NCBI GenBank assembly: GCA_038253355.1
Contig: JBBSHF010000002.1
Coordinates: 1-58,963, forward strand
DNA: 58,963 nucleotides
Direction: 5' to 3'
DNA from: Candidatus Limnocylindria bacterium
GTDB taxonomy: Bacteria; Chloroflexota; Limnocylindria; QHBO01
Positions 24,988 to 34,793 of this stretch are shown piece after piece. The notes under the pieces are model-generated. The model ran no database searches, was not told the origin of the DNA, and was given only the letters and a program-made list of their open reading frames with translations. The translations under genes were made by a program, and so were the position numbers. The stretch's first letter is position 1. Each line of letters starts with the position of its first letter.

Positions 24988-26080
24988 ACGACCGCGATAC
25001 GGTCTGCAGCTCGGCCACCTCGGCCTTCGCCGCTCGTACCCGGAAGATGGCGCGCACCAGCAGCTCGGCAGCCAGGAAGAAGAGGATCACGCCCTGAAGG
25101 ACGTCGATCATCTGCACCGGCACCCCGGCGTTGATCTGCATCAGGTTCGAGCCCGCGCGCATGGCGCCCAGCAGCAGGCCGCTGAACAGGATGCCGATCG
25201 GGTTGGCGCGGCCCAGCAGCGCGACGGTGATCCCGTCGAAGCCGACATTGGTCGAGTAGCCGGCTGGCATGTAGCCGCTGATCCCCAGGATTTCGCCGGC
25301 GCCGGCCAGGCCGGCCAGCAGCCCGCAGACGGAGAGCGTCGCGATCAGCACGGCCTTGGGCGACATGCCGGCGTAGCGGGCCGCGTCTGGGTTGGCGCCC
25401 ACCGTGCGCACCTCGAAACCGAGCGTCGTCCGATAGAGCAGCCACCAGGCCAGCGGCACGGCCGCGATGGCGAAGATGATCCCCAGGTGGCCATTGTCAC
25501 CGATCAGGATGGGGAGGCTGGCCGCGCCGACATCGGGAGACCGGGCGAAGGTGGCGCCTGCCGCTCGCAGCGGCCCGGTGATCAGGTAGGCGACGAACTG
25601 GATCGCGACGTAGTTGAGCATGATGGTGGTGACCACCTCGTGGGCGCCGGTGAACGCCTTGAGGAAGCCCGGGATGAAGCCGTAGATCGCGCCGGCGATC
25701 ATGGCGGCCAGCACCGCCGCCGGGATCGCCACGAAGGGCGAAGCATGGGCCAGCCCGGCGCCCACCGCGGCGGCCGCGACGGCGCCGATCAGGAACTGGC
25801 CCTGCGCACCGATGTTGAACAGGCCGGCCTTGAAGCCGATGCCGACCGCCAGGCCGGCGAGGATCAACGGGGTCGCGCTGACCACGGTCTGGACCAGGGC
25901 GTCCACGGAACCGAATGCACCACTGGCCAGCGCCGCGTAGGCCACGAACGGCAGGGTCACGTCCAGGCTGCCATTGACCAGCGGCGAGGAGAGGATCATG
26001 ACCGCGCCGCCGACGATGAGCGCCAGTACGATCGCCAGGGTTGGGATGGTGAGCACCGAAATGGTCCGCCGCAGGTTCAC
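24965..26080 (-). CDS. ABC transporter permease (BMP/nucleoside-type importer)
   Basis: Polytopic protein, ATGA-type overlap with the upstream ATPase gene. Confidence 0.8.
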   Translation of the reverse strand: MNLRRTISVLTIPTLAIVLALIVGGAVMILSSPLVNGSLDVTLPFVAYAALASGAFGSVDALVQTVVSATPLILAGLAVGIGFKAGLFNIGAQGQFLIGAVAAAAVGAGLAHASPFVAIPAAVLAAMIAGAIYGFIPGFLKAFTGAHEVVTTIMLNYVAIQFVAYLITGPLRAAGATFARSPDVGAASLPILIGDNGHLGIIFAIAAVPLAWWLLYRTTLGFEVRTVGANPDAARYAGMSPKAVLIATLSVCGLLAGLAGAGEILGISGYMPAGYSTNVGFDGITVALLGRANPIGILFSGLLLGAMRAGSNLMQINAGVPVQMIDVLQGVILFFLAAELLVRAIFRVRAAKAEVAELQTVSRSYGGQTTP

Positions 26081-27648
26081 GCTGCGTCTCCCGTCGCCGG
26101 GGGAATCGGCGCCGCCTCGCGCCCGCCGGTTGCCATCAGCAGCCCGACCTCCTCGCGCGTTGCGTCGCGGGCATCCATGACCCCCACCAGACGGCCGCGG
26201 TACATGACTCCGATCCGGTCGGAAAGCTCCATGACCTCGTCGAGTTCAGCGGAGACGAGCAGGATCGCGGTGCCGGCGTTGCGCTTGGCAATCACCTGGC
26301 GGTGGATGAACTCGATGCTGCCCACATCCAGGCCGCGCGTCGGCTGGTCGAGCACCAGCAGGCGCAGCGTTCCATCGAATTCGCGCGCAACAACGACCTT
26401 CTGCTGATTTCCACCCGAGAGCGTGGCCGCCGTCACGTCAATCGAGGGCGTGCGCACGTCGTACTGCTGCACCGCCTCCTTCGCGCGGCGCCGGATCGCC
26501 GCGTCGTCGCGCACGATACCGTGGGCATACGGCTCGCGGTAGTAATCGGTCAGCACAAGGTTGTCGCTGAGTGGGTACGAGAGGACCAGTCCGAATCGCT
26601 GCCGATCGGCGGGCACGAAGGCGATGCCACGCTTGATCAGGGCGCGACTCCGGTCCCGGGTAACGTCTCGGCCGTCGAGGGTGACTCTGCCGGCGCTCGA
26701 CGCCCGCAGGCCGGTCAGCGCCTCCACCAGCTCGTCTTGGCCGTTGCCTGCCACTCCGGCGATCCCAAGAATCTCTCCGGCACGCACCTCGAGGCTCACA
26801 TCATGGACGACCTGGCGACCGCGGTCGTCTTTGACGCAGAGTCCGTCCACCCTCAGCGTCGGACCTCCGGGGTGACTTTCGCCGCGGTCGACGGTCAGCT
26901 CCACCTCGCGCCCGACCATCAGCTCGGCGAGGTCCTCTTCGTTTGTTTCTGCCGGCAAGCGTTGCCCAACGACCTTCCCGCGGCGGATGACCGTGATGCG
27001 GTCCGCAATCTCGAGCACCTCGTACAGCTTGTGGCTGATGAAGATGATGCTGTAGCCCTCCCCGGTCAGCCGTCGCAGGACGCCGAAGATCTCCTTGGTC
27101 TCCTGCGGGGTGAGCACGGCGGTGGGCTCGTCGAGCACCAGGATCTGGGCCTGGCGATACACCGCCTTGAGGATCTCGACCCGTTGCTGCCAGCCGACCG
27201 ACAGGTTCCCGACGCGAATGGACGGATCGACCTCCCATCCAAAGAAGCTGGCGAGCTCGCGGATGCGCGCATCGGCGCCGTGACGGTCCATCAGGATCGG
27301 CCCGGACATCGGCTCGTCGCCGAGCAGGATGTTGTCGGCGACCGATAGGACCGGGACGAGCATGAAGTGCTGGTGGACCATGCTGATGCCGCGCGCGATG
27401 GCATCCGATGGGCTGGTGATCACGGCCGGCGTTCCATCGAGCAGGATCTCGCCCTCGTCGGGCGTGGCCAGGCCATACAGGATGTTCATGAGGGTGGTCT
27501 TGCCGGCGCCGTTCTCGCCGAGCAATGCGTGGATCTCGCCGGGCCGCACGTCGAGATCGATGTGGTCGTTGGCGAGCACCCCCGGGTAGCGCTTGGTGAT
27601 GCCCCGCATCTCCAGCGAAGGGGGAGCGGGATTCGGCTCGATTCGCAT
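26077..27648 (-). CDS. ABC transporter ATP-binding protein, duplicated NBD
   Basis: Two NBDs, with GENGAGKTT and LSVGWQQRVEILKA in the first and LSGGNQQKVVVARE in the second. Confidence 0.85.
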   Translation of the reverse strand: MRIEPNPAPPSLEMRGITKRYPGVLANDHIDLDVRPGEIHALLGENGAGKTTLMNILYGLATPDEGEILLDGTPAVITSPSDAIARGISMVHQHFMLVPVLSVADNILLGDEPMSGPILMDRHGADARIRELASFFGWEVDPSIRVGNLSVGWQQRVEILKAVYRQAQILVLDEPTAVLTPQETKEIFGVLRRLTGEGYSIIFISHKLYEVLEIADRITVIRRGKVVGQRLPAETNEEDLAELMVGREVELTVDRGESHPGGPTLRVDGLCVKDDRGRQVVHDVSLEVRAGEILGIAGVAGNGQDELVEALTGLRASSAGRVTLDGRDVTRDRSRALIKRGIAFVPADRQRFGLVLSYPLSDNLVLTDYYREPYAHGIVRDDAAIRRRAKEAVQQYDVRTPSIDVTAATLSGGNQQKVVVAREFDGTLRLLVLDQPTRGLDVGSIEFIHRQVIAKRNAGTAILLVSAELDEVMELSDRIGVMYRGRLVGVMDARDATREEVGLLMATGGREAAPIPPATGDAA

Positions 27649-27680
27649 CGGCCAGGCCGTCTCCGATGAAGGAAGGGAAC

Positions 27681-27711
27681 GAGCGGGCCACCCGCGATGG
27701 ACGGCCCGCTC
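27681..27711 (-). other. intercistronic stem-loop between the SBP and ATPase genes
   Basis: GAGCGGGCC / GGCCCGCTC, a perfect 9-bp stem with a 13-nt loop, in the 97-nt gap. Confidence 0.5.
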
Positions 27712-27745
27712 GAATGCTACGAGTCTACTGGACTGGGCGCCAGGC

Positions 27746-28855
27746 TCAGACGCAGGCGTTCGGCTTGCACGGATCGATGGACCCGTCCTTGAGTCCCTTG
27801 ATGGCCGCGTCGATCTTCGCCTGGATATCGGCTGTGATCAGGTTCTGATGATCGTAGAACGGCGCCAGGCCGACACTGTCGGTCGTGATATCGAGGGTCA
27901 CGGTGCCGCCCTTGTCGGTCTTGTCGGAGACGCGACCGATGGCATCCGAGACCGCCTTCTGCAGGTTCTTCTCGGCGCTGGTGACGATGCACTTGTCCGA
28001 CTCTGGAGTGGACAGATGCTGATCCACGTCGACGCCGATGGCGTTGATGCCCGCGCCGCAGGCCGCCTGCAGCACGCCGTTGCCGGTCTTGCCGGCGACC
28101 TGGAAGAGGACATCGATGTCCGAGCTCTGTCCCAGCAGCTGCTCGGCGAAGGCCTTGCCGCCGGCCGGGTCATTGAATGCCTTGGCATCGGGTGCCTCGG
28201 AGACGAACTTCAGATCGACCTTGATGTCCGGCTTGACCGACAGCGCGCCGTTTGCGTACCCGGCCATGTAGTTGGCCACCGCGGGTACCACCTTGGTGCC
28301 GCCGATCGCGGCGATGTGCCCGCTCTTGCTGATGCTGGCGGCGACGATGCCCGCCAGGTAGCCCGGCTGGAACTCCTTGAAGACGAGGCCCTGGTAGTTC
28401 GGCAACAGCTTGGCGGCGTCACCCTTGCAGCCGAAGTTTGAATCGGGAGCGCCGCTCTCGTCGACGCAGATGCCCTGGTCGACGCCGATGAACTTGATCG
28501 AGGGATTGGCCTTGGCGGCCTTCGTGGTGTCGTTGCCGAGGGCGAAGCCGACGGTCACGATGACGTCGAACTTCTGGTCAACGAACGACTTGATGTTCTT
28601 GGCGTAGTCAGCCGATGCGGTGGTGACCACCGACTTCGGCGCCGGAGCGCCGATCGCCGCGGCGCCGGACTTGGCGCCTTCCCAGCTGAACTGGTTGAAG
28701 TTCTTGTCGTCGAGCGTGCCGACATCGGTCACCAGGCCGATCTTCAGAGCGCTCGTCTTGCCTCCGCTGGCGCCGGGTTTGTTGCCCTGACAGGCGCCGA
28801 GCACGAGTGCGGCCGCCATGAGGCTGGCCACCAGAGTGAACCGCTGCTTTCGCAT
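27746..28855 (-). CDS. BMP-family (PnrA/Med-like) ABC substrate-binding lipoprotein
   Basis: MRKQRFTLVASLMAAALVLGAC lipobox with AGGAG upstream. The BMP-family body includes IGLVTDVGTLDDKNFNQ. Confidence 0.85.
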   Translation of the reverse strand: MRKQRFTLVASLMAAALVLGACQGNKPGASGGKTSALKIGLVTDVGTLDDKNFNQFSWEGAKSGAAAIGAPAPKSVVTTASADYAKNIKSFVDQKFDVIVTVGFALGNDTTKAAKANPSIKFIGVDQGICVDESGAPDSNFGCKGDAAKLLPNYQGLVFKEFQPGYLAGIVAASISKSGHIAAIGGTKVVPAVANYMAGYANGALSVKPDIKVDLKFVSEAPDAKAFNDPAGGKAFAEQLLGQSSDIDVLFQVAGKTGNGVLQAACGAGINAIGVDVDQHLSTPESDKCIVTSAEKNLQKAVSDAIGRVSDKTDKGGTVTLDITTDSVGLAPFYDHQNLITADIQAKIDAAIKGLKDGSIDPCKPNACV

Positions 28856-29008
28856 GGAATCTCCTAACCCGCCGTTGGGGATCTCCCGCCGCAACCCTCG
28901 CGGCGTGGGGTTGCGCCGCGGCTCGTGTTGAGCCGGCGCGAATCTGCGGCATGATACTGCCTCGCTGCTCGGCACCTCAAGCAATCCGCGCACGTCGGGT
29001 GCGCACCG

Positions 29009-29014
29009 TATCAT
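29009..29014 (+). promoter_or_regulatory. -10 box TATCAT, 7 nt before the ATG at 29022 (leaderless-type)
   Basis: Read directly: ccgTATCATcgggccgATG. Confidence 0.35.
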
Positions 29015-29021
29015 CGGGCCG

Positions 29022-29873
29022 ATGCAGACCGATGCCGCTCCGCGGCTGCGCCTGGTCATCTTCGACCTCGACGGGGTCGTCTACCGTGGCGACCGAGCGG
29101 TCGTCGGCGCTCCCGAGCTGATCGCCCGGGTGCGCGACCATGGGCTGACCGTACGCTTCGCCACCAATAATTCGATGCTCGACCCGGCCGATTTCGTCCG
29201 CCGCCTGGTGGCCCTGGGCATTCCGGCAGCAGAGGACGAGATCGTGACCTCGACGATGGCTACGGTCGAGTATCTGCGCCGCCACCTGCCCACGGCGCGC
29301 GACGTCCTGGCGGTCGGTGAGCGCGGGCTGCTGGAGCTGCTGCGTGGCGGCGGGTACCGCGTGACGCCGGCCGGTGACGCCCTGCCGGACGACTTCGACG
29401 GAGAGGCGCTGCATCAGTACGACGCGGTCGTCGTCGGCCTCGATCGTTTCTTCGATTTCCGCCGCCTGGCGGCGGCGCACGCGGCGATCCGCGGCGGCGC
29501 CCGCTTCATCGCCACCAACGCGGATGCCTCGTATCCGACGGTGCACGGCTTCGTGCCGGGCGCCGGAGCGATGGTCGCCGCAATCCGTGCCGCGAGCGGC
29601 GTCGAGCCCACCGTGATCGGCAAGCCGGAGCCGGGCATCTTCCTCGCCATTCTGGACGAGGCCGGCGTCAGCGCCGCCCAGGCACTGGTGGTCGGTGACA
29701 ATCCGGCGGCCGATATCGTGGCGGCGCATCGCGCGGGGATCGCCTCGGTCCTGGTGCTCACCGGCGTGGCGGACGCGTCCATGGCGGCAGCACTCGACGG
29801 CGAGCGCCGGGCCGACTGGGTGGTCGCCGGTCCGTCCCAGCTGGCCGCGTTGATCGACGCGCGGGTCAGCTGA
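29022..29873 (+). CDS. HAD-IIA family hydrolase (NagD-like)
   Basis: FDLDGVVYRG, FATNNS and VGDN..DI motifs. Confidence 0.8.
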   Translation: MQTDAAPRLRLVIFDLDGVVYRGDRAVVGAPELIARVRDHGLTVRFATNNSMLDPADFVRRLVALGIPAAEDEIVTSTMATVEYLRRHLPTARDVLAVGERGLLELLRGGGYRVTPAGDALPDDFDGEALHQYDAVVVGLDRFFDFRRLAAAHAAIRGGARFIATNADASYPTVHGFVPGAGAMVAAIRAASGVEPTVIGKPEPGIFLAILDEAGVSAAQALVVGDNPAADIVAAHRAGIASVLVLTGVADASMAAALDGERRADWVVAGPSQLAALIDARVS

Positions 29874-30909
29874 TGAGCGACTCCTCGGCCGCCCAGCGCC
29901 GCCACGCGGGCGCAGCGATCGCCTGCATCGCGTCCAGCGCCCCGCGTGGCGCGAAGCCGCGGCGGAAGCCATTCAGCGCGATCTCGGCCAGCTCGCCGCG
30001 GCTCAGGCCGACTGCCGCCGCGGTGCGTACCAGCTCAACGGTCAGCGAGGTGTCACTCACCGTGCGGTCATCGGTCGAGAGCGTGACGCTCACCCCGCCC
30101 CGATGCAGTGACGCCAGTGGATGGCCGGCCAGGTCGGCCACGATCCCGGCCTGCACATTGCTGGTCGGGCACATGTCGAGGTTGACGTCGCGCTCGCGCA
30201 GCAGCTCGACGATCGCCGGGTCCTGGGCGGCGGTGACGCCGTGCGCGATGCGTGTCACGCCCAGGTCCAGTGCCTCGCGGATGTGCTGCGGGCCCGGTAT
30301 CTCACCGGCATGCGCAGTCAGCCCCAGCCCGCCCGCCTCTGCGGCGCGGAAGGCGGCGGCGTGCGGCGGCATCGGGTATTCCGCCTCCGGCCCGGCCAGG
30401 TCGAAGCCGATCACCGGGGCGCCAAAGGCCGCAGCCGCGTGTGCCAGGGCGACGTTGGCGGCGGGTGGATGCGAGCGCATGGCGGTCACGATCAGCCCGA
30501 CCAGCGGCATGGCCGGACCGATGGACTGCGCCGCTTCGGCGATCCCCAGCGCCACCGCCTCGATGACCTCGTCGACGGACAGGCCGCCCTGCAGGTGCAG
30601 GCGTGGCGCCCAGCGGATCTCTGCGTACGCCAGGCCGTCGGTCGTCATGTCGGCGATCAGCTCGGCCGTCGTGCGGCGCAGGGCGCCCGCGGTCTGCAGC
30701 AGGGCGATCGGCAGGTCGAAGTAGGTGAGCAGCTCGGCCTGGTTCGCGCATCGTCGCGGCGCGACCATCCGGACGCGTGCCTGCTGGAGCGTCAGCTCCA
30801 TCCCCATCTCGTGCGCCAGCTCGACCGCCGTGGCTGGTCGCATGGCGCCATCGAGGTGCAAGTGCAGCTCGGCCTTGGGCAGCACGCGAATCGCGGCGAG
30901 CGGGTCCAC
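29866..30909 (-). CDS. add: adenosine deaminase
   Basis: LPKAELHLHLDG, LTAHAGE, RIAHG and STDD motifs. Start set at the GTG at 30909, 6 nt after a minus-strand TATCAT (30921-30916). The upstream ORF extension is Arg-rich shadow. Confidence 0.8.
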   Translation of the reverse strand: MDPLAAIRVLPKAELHLHLDGAMRPATAVELAHEMGMELTLQQARVRMVAPRRCANQAELLTYFDLPIALLQTAGALRRTTAELIADMTTDGLAYAEIRWAPRLHLQGGLSVDEVIEAVALGIAEAAQSIGPAMPLVGLIVTAMRSHPPAANVALAHAAAAFGAPVIGFDLAGPEAEYPMPPHAAAFRAAEAGGLGLTAHAGEIPGPQHIREALDLGVTRIAHGVTAAQDPAIVELLRERDVNLDMCPTSNVQAGIVADLAGHPLASLHRGGVSVTLSTDDRTVSDTSLTVELVRTAAAVGLSRGELAEIALNGFRRGFAPRGALDAMQAIAAPAWRRWAAEESLIS

Positions 30910-30915
30910 CGCGGC

Positions 30916-31827
30916 ATGATACGGGGACGCTCGCCGGCTGACAGAACGCCGTCGCGTCGAACGGCCGTGGTGCTGGGTGCGGTGGCGGTGTGCGGTCTTG
31001 GCCTCCTGCTCGGGCTGCGCCCCGCCGACCCCAGCCGCGCCGATCCCGCAGCAGCGGCCGCCTACCGGCAGCAACTCAGCGCGACGGCCGGCGGAGCCGA
31101 CGCGGCGATTCGGCGTTTTGACGATGACCTGCGTGCGGCTCTCGAGTCGGCGCGGCAGGGAGCGGCTGACACGGTCAGCGGCGATGAGCCGCCCGGCCCC
31201 CGCCTGGTCGCCGCCGCGGATCAGATCGAGGCGCTCGGCGATCGCCTGTACGCCGCTCGGGCGGCGCTCGGGCGGGTGTCATCACTGCTGGCCATCCACG
31301 GCGAGACCGATGCACCCCGGTTGAGTCTCGGTACCGGGGACCTGGCCGCCATTGGCCAGGAGCTGCGCGGAACCGCTGCGCCGTCCGACGATTTCGCCGC
31401 CATGCGGCGCAGCAGCCAGGCAGTGCTGGCGGAACTGCGGGCAGCGCTGATCGCCACGGACGCCGGGCATGCGAAGGTGGCCCTCGCGGCGGTGACGGCC
31501 GGGGAGCAGCGCCTGGCCGAGGTGCGTGCCTACGATGAGCAGCTCGTCACCCTGCCCGTCTGGGCGGAGACCAGCGGCGCGCTGCTCGCGGCATTGCGTG
31601 ACCTGGCCCGCGCCCGGGTCGACCACGATGTCGAGGGGGAGCGCACGGCATTGCGCTCCTATGCGCGCGCCGCAGCCAGCGCGGCGCAGGCCGATCGCGG
31701 CCTGGCGATCGCGCTGGCGGAGGGCGGTGCCGCGATCGCGCGCAGCCCGCTCGGCGGACTTGCCGACGCGCTCGCGCAGATCGAGGATGCGCGTGCCGCA
31801 TTGGCACCGCTCCTGCATCAGGAATGA
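30916..31827 (+). CDS. membrane-anchored Ala-rich hypothetical protein
   Basis: N-terminal TM helix (AVVLGAVAVCGLGLLLGL) followed by a helical Ala/Arg-rich region. ATGA overlap with the kinase gene. The start is uncertain. Confidence 0.5.
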   Translation: MIRGRSPADRTPSRRTAVVLGAVAVCGLGLLLGLRPADPSRADPAAAAAYRQQLSATAGGADAAIRRFDDDLRAALESARQGAADTVSGDEPPGPRLVAAADQIEALGDRLYAARAALGRVSSLLAIHGETDAPRLSLGTGDLAAIGQELRGTAAPSDDFAAMRRSSQAVLAELRAALIATDAGHAKVALAAVTAGEQRLAEVRAYDEQLVTLPVWAETSGALLAALRDLARARVDHDVEGERTALRSYARAAASAAQADRGLAIALAEGGAAIARSPLGGLADALAQIEDARAALAPLLHQE

Positions 31828-33167
31828 GCGTGCCGCCGCATAGCGCCGACCTGGGCCCGTCGGGCGGGCTGCCCATGGCATCCGACTCGGCACCCGACCC
31901 GTTGCTCGGTCAGGTGCTTGGCAGGCGGTATCGCATCGCTGGCCTGCTGGCGCGCGGCGGCATGGCGCACGTCTACCGCGCCCGCGATGCGCGCCTGGAT
32001 CGGGACGTGGCGCTCAAGGTGCTGTCGCGCCCGTATGCCGACAGCGCGGACTTTGGCAGCCGCTTCCGCGCGGAGGCCCGCGCAGCGGCGTCGCTCTCCC
32101 ATCTGAACCTGGTTCACGTCTATGACTCTGGCGCCGAGGGTGAGCTGCGCTATATCGTCATGGAGCTGCTCGAGGGATATCGGTCATTGCGAACGGAGAT
32201 CGCCGAGCGCGAGCGGCTGGCCTCCGCAGAGGCGGTGGGCATCGCGCGCGAGGTGCTCGCCGGGCTGCAGGTGGTTCACGCCCACGGTCTGCTGCATTGC
32301 GATGTGAAGGCCGCCAACGTGATGGTCGGCTCCGGGCCGACCAAGCTGATCGATTTCGGGATTGCTCGTGCTCCGCACGCTGTCACGCAGGACGGCACGT
32401 CGCTGGGATCGCTGCATGCCATGGCACCGGAGCAGCTGCGCGGCGAGGAGCTGACCGCCGCCGCCGACCTGTTCGCGGTGGGCGCGGTGCTCTACGTCGC
32501 GCTCACCGGCCGCGTGCCGTTCGCTGGCGAGGATCCGGCGCAGGTCGCCGCGGCGCAGGCGTCGGGGCACCCGACGCCGCCCTCAGAGCTGGTCGCCGGC
32601 ATTGGTCCGCGGCTCGACCAGGTGGTGCTGCAGGCGCTCGAGACAGAGCCGGCGCTGCGATTTCATTCGGCGAGCGAGATGTCGCGCGCGCTCGACGAAG
32701 CCTCCGGCGACCCGCAGCCGGGCGCGCCGCCCGCGGACGAGACGACCCAGCTGGTTCGCCTCGCTCGACGACCGCGGGGACGCCACGTGAGCCGGCCGCG
32801 CCGTCAATGGGCGGTTCCTGTGCTGGCCGTGGCGGTGCTTGCCGCAGGCGTGGTGCTCGGGATTGGGCTGGGCCTCAACGGCGGTTTGGGCCGATCGACC
32901 CGCGGCGGTGTGCCGCGTGCCGCAGATGCATCGTCGGCACAGCCCACCCCGAGCCTGGCCCCGGGCAAGGTCCGCGTGCCGAAGACGATTGGCCTGAGCG
33001 AGAAGCAGGGCGAAGCGCTTGGACGGGCCGCCGGGTTGGAGTGGACCATCCGCTGGCAGGAATCGGCCGAACAGAGCCCCGGCATCTACGACCAGCAGCC
33101 GTCCACCGGCACCATCGTCGACACGGGCTCGCGGTTCACCATGTTTGCGTATCGGCCGCCCGGCTGA
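31824..33167 (+). CDS. Ser/Thr protein kinase with one C-terminal PASTA domain
   Basis: GGMAHVYRARD..VALKV, HCDVKAANVMV and DFGIAR motifs, a TM helix, then a PASTA-like VPKTIGLSEKQGEALGRAAGL... Confidence 0.85.
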   Translation: MSVPPHSADLGPSGGLPMASDSAPDPLLGQVLGRRYRIAGLLARGGMAHVYRARDARLDRDVALKVLSRPYADSADFGSRFRAEARAAASLSHLNLVHVYDSGAEGELRYIVMELLEGYRSLRTEIAERERLASAEAVGIAREVLAGLQVVHAHGLLHCDVKAANVMVGSGPTKLIDFGIARAPHAVTQDGTSLGSLHAMAPEQLRGEELTAAADLFAVGAVLYVALTGRVPFAGEDPAQVAAAQASGHPTPPSELVAGIGPRLDQVVLQALETEPALRFHSASEMSRALDEASGDPQPGAPPADETTQLVRLARRPRGRHVSRPRRQWAVPVLAVAVLAAGVVLGIGLGLNGGLGRSTRGGVPRAADASSAQPTPSLAPGKVRVPKTIGLSEKQGEALGRAAGLEWTIRWQESAEQSPGIYDQQPSTGTIVDTGSRFTMFAYRPPG

Positions 33168-33249
33168 GCTCTCGATCTATACTCGGGGGCCGTCACCAAT
33201 TCGGGGGTGACCGTTTCGCAGCCAATGACCAACCGAGGAGCTCATCTGC

Positions 33250-34728
33250 ATGCGCCTGCGCGCCGAATCATCAACGCCGGCATCTGTGAAGGCCGATGTT
33301 CTCGCCGTCCCGATCTACAAGGAAGACCGCGAGCTGAGCGGAGACCTTGCCGAGCTGGATGCGGCGGCGGGGGGCGTCATCAGCCGCGCCATCGAGTGGG
33401 GCGAGTTCAACATCAGCGAGCACTACAGCGCGCTGCTCGACGCCGGCAACCTGGCCGCCGACAAGCTCCTGCTGGTGAACGGCGTGCGCCGTGGCCGCGG
33501 AGCCTGGCGAGCGCGGCGGATCGCCTCGACCGCCACGCGGCGGCTGCAGGGTCGGGGAGTGGAGCGTATGGCGCTCTGGCTGCGCGACGGCGAGGACGAG
33601 GATGGATTCAGCGCTGCCGTGGTGGGGGCGCTGCAGGGGACGTATCGGCCAATGGACATCTATGGGCGGGTGCGTGATACCGAGGCCATGAAGCGCACCG
33701 TCGGGGAGCTAGTTCTGCTGAACGCGCCGAGCCAGGACCTGCTCGATGGCGCCCTGATCCTGGCCGAGGCGGTCGAGTGGGGCCGCACCCTGGCAAATCG
33801 CGCCGCCAACGACCTCTATCCGGAGAAAATGGCCGAGGCGGCGCGCAGCCTCGAGGACGACGGCTGCACGGTCGAGGTGCTGGGTCCGGACGAGATGGCC
33901 GAGCTGGGCATGGGCTCGCTGCTCGGCGTGGGGCAGGGCTCCGCACACGGGCCGAGGCTGATCGCCATCAAGCTCCCCGGCTGGGAGAAGGCGTCAGCTG
34001 ACCGCCGCTTGGCGATCGTGGGCAAGGGCGTCTGCTTCGACTCCGGGGGCATCAGCATCAAGCCGTCGGCCAGCATGGAAGAGATGAAGCACGACAAGTC
34101 GGGGGCGGCAGCGGTCATCGCCGCTGCCCGCGCGGTCGCGCGCGTGGCGCCCGACGCGCCACTGATGGCCGTGGCGCCGATGGTCGAGAACATGCCCGGG
34201 GGCAACGCCCAGCGTCCAGGAGACGTGGTCAAGGCGATGAACGGCAAGACGATCGAGGTGATCAACACCGATGCCGAGGGGCGCCTGATCCTGGCGGACG
34301 CGCTGCACTGGGCGGAAACCCAGGGTGCCACGCACCTCGTCGACATCGCCACCCTGACTGGCGCCTGCTCGATCGCTTTCGGTGAGCTGATCAGCGCCTA
34401 CTTCAGCAAGCCGCGTGACTGGGGCGGCGCGGTCCAGGCGGCCGCGGATGCAACCGGCGAGTGGTTCTGGGAGATGCCGCTGGCGACCGAGTACCGGCCC
34501 AACCTCGACACGCCGCATGCCGACATGACGAACTCGGGCACGCGCGACGGCTCGCTCATCAAGAGCGCCATCTTCCTCTCCGAGTTCGTGACCAAGCCCT
34601 GGGTCCACGTCGACATCGCCGGCACGGCGTACCTGACGTCGGACAAGGCCTGGAACCCGAAGGGTGCGCTGGGAACGGGCGTCTCGACCCTGGCGCGCCT
34701 CGCGCTCGACTACGCCAAGGGCTCCTGA
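33250..34728 (+). CDS. pepA: leucyl aminopeptidase (M17)
   Basis: VGKGVCFDSGGISIKP and NTDAEGRLILADAL motifs. Confidence 0.85.
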   Translation: MRLRAESSTPASVKADVLAVPIYKEDRELSGDLAELDAAAGGVISRAIEWGEFNISEHYSALLDAGNLAADKLLLVNGVRRGRGAWRARRIASTATRRLQGRGVERMALWLRDGEDEDGFSAAVVGALQGTYRPMDIYGRVRDTEAMKRTVGELVLLNAPSQDLLDGALILAEAVEWGRTLANRAANDLYPEKMAEAARSLEDDGCTVEVLGPDEMAELGMGSLLGVGQGSAHGPRLIAIKLPGWEKASADRRLAIVGKGVCFDSGGISIKPSASMEEMKHDKSGAAAVIAAARAVARVAPDAPLMAVAPMVENMPGGNAQRPGDVVKAMNGKTIEVINTDAEGRLILADALHWAETQGATHLVDIATLTGACSIAFGELISAYFSKPRDWGGAVQAAADATGEWFWEMPLATEYRPNLDTPHADMTNSGTRDGSLIKSAIFLSEFVTKPWVHVDIAGTAYLTSDKAWNPKGALGTGVSTLARLALDYAKGS

Positions 34729-34748
34729 TTCTTTCCCTGAACACGAAG

Positions 34749-34779
34749 TGACGGGCGCCGGAAAGCCCGGTACCCGTCA
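34749..34779. terminator. bidirectional hairpin between pepA and the CsbD-like gene
   Basis: TGACGGG-cg-CCGG-aaagc-CCGG-ta-CCCGTCA. Confidence 0.45.
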
Positions 34780-34793
34780 TCGATCAATCCGCC

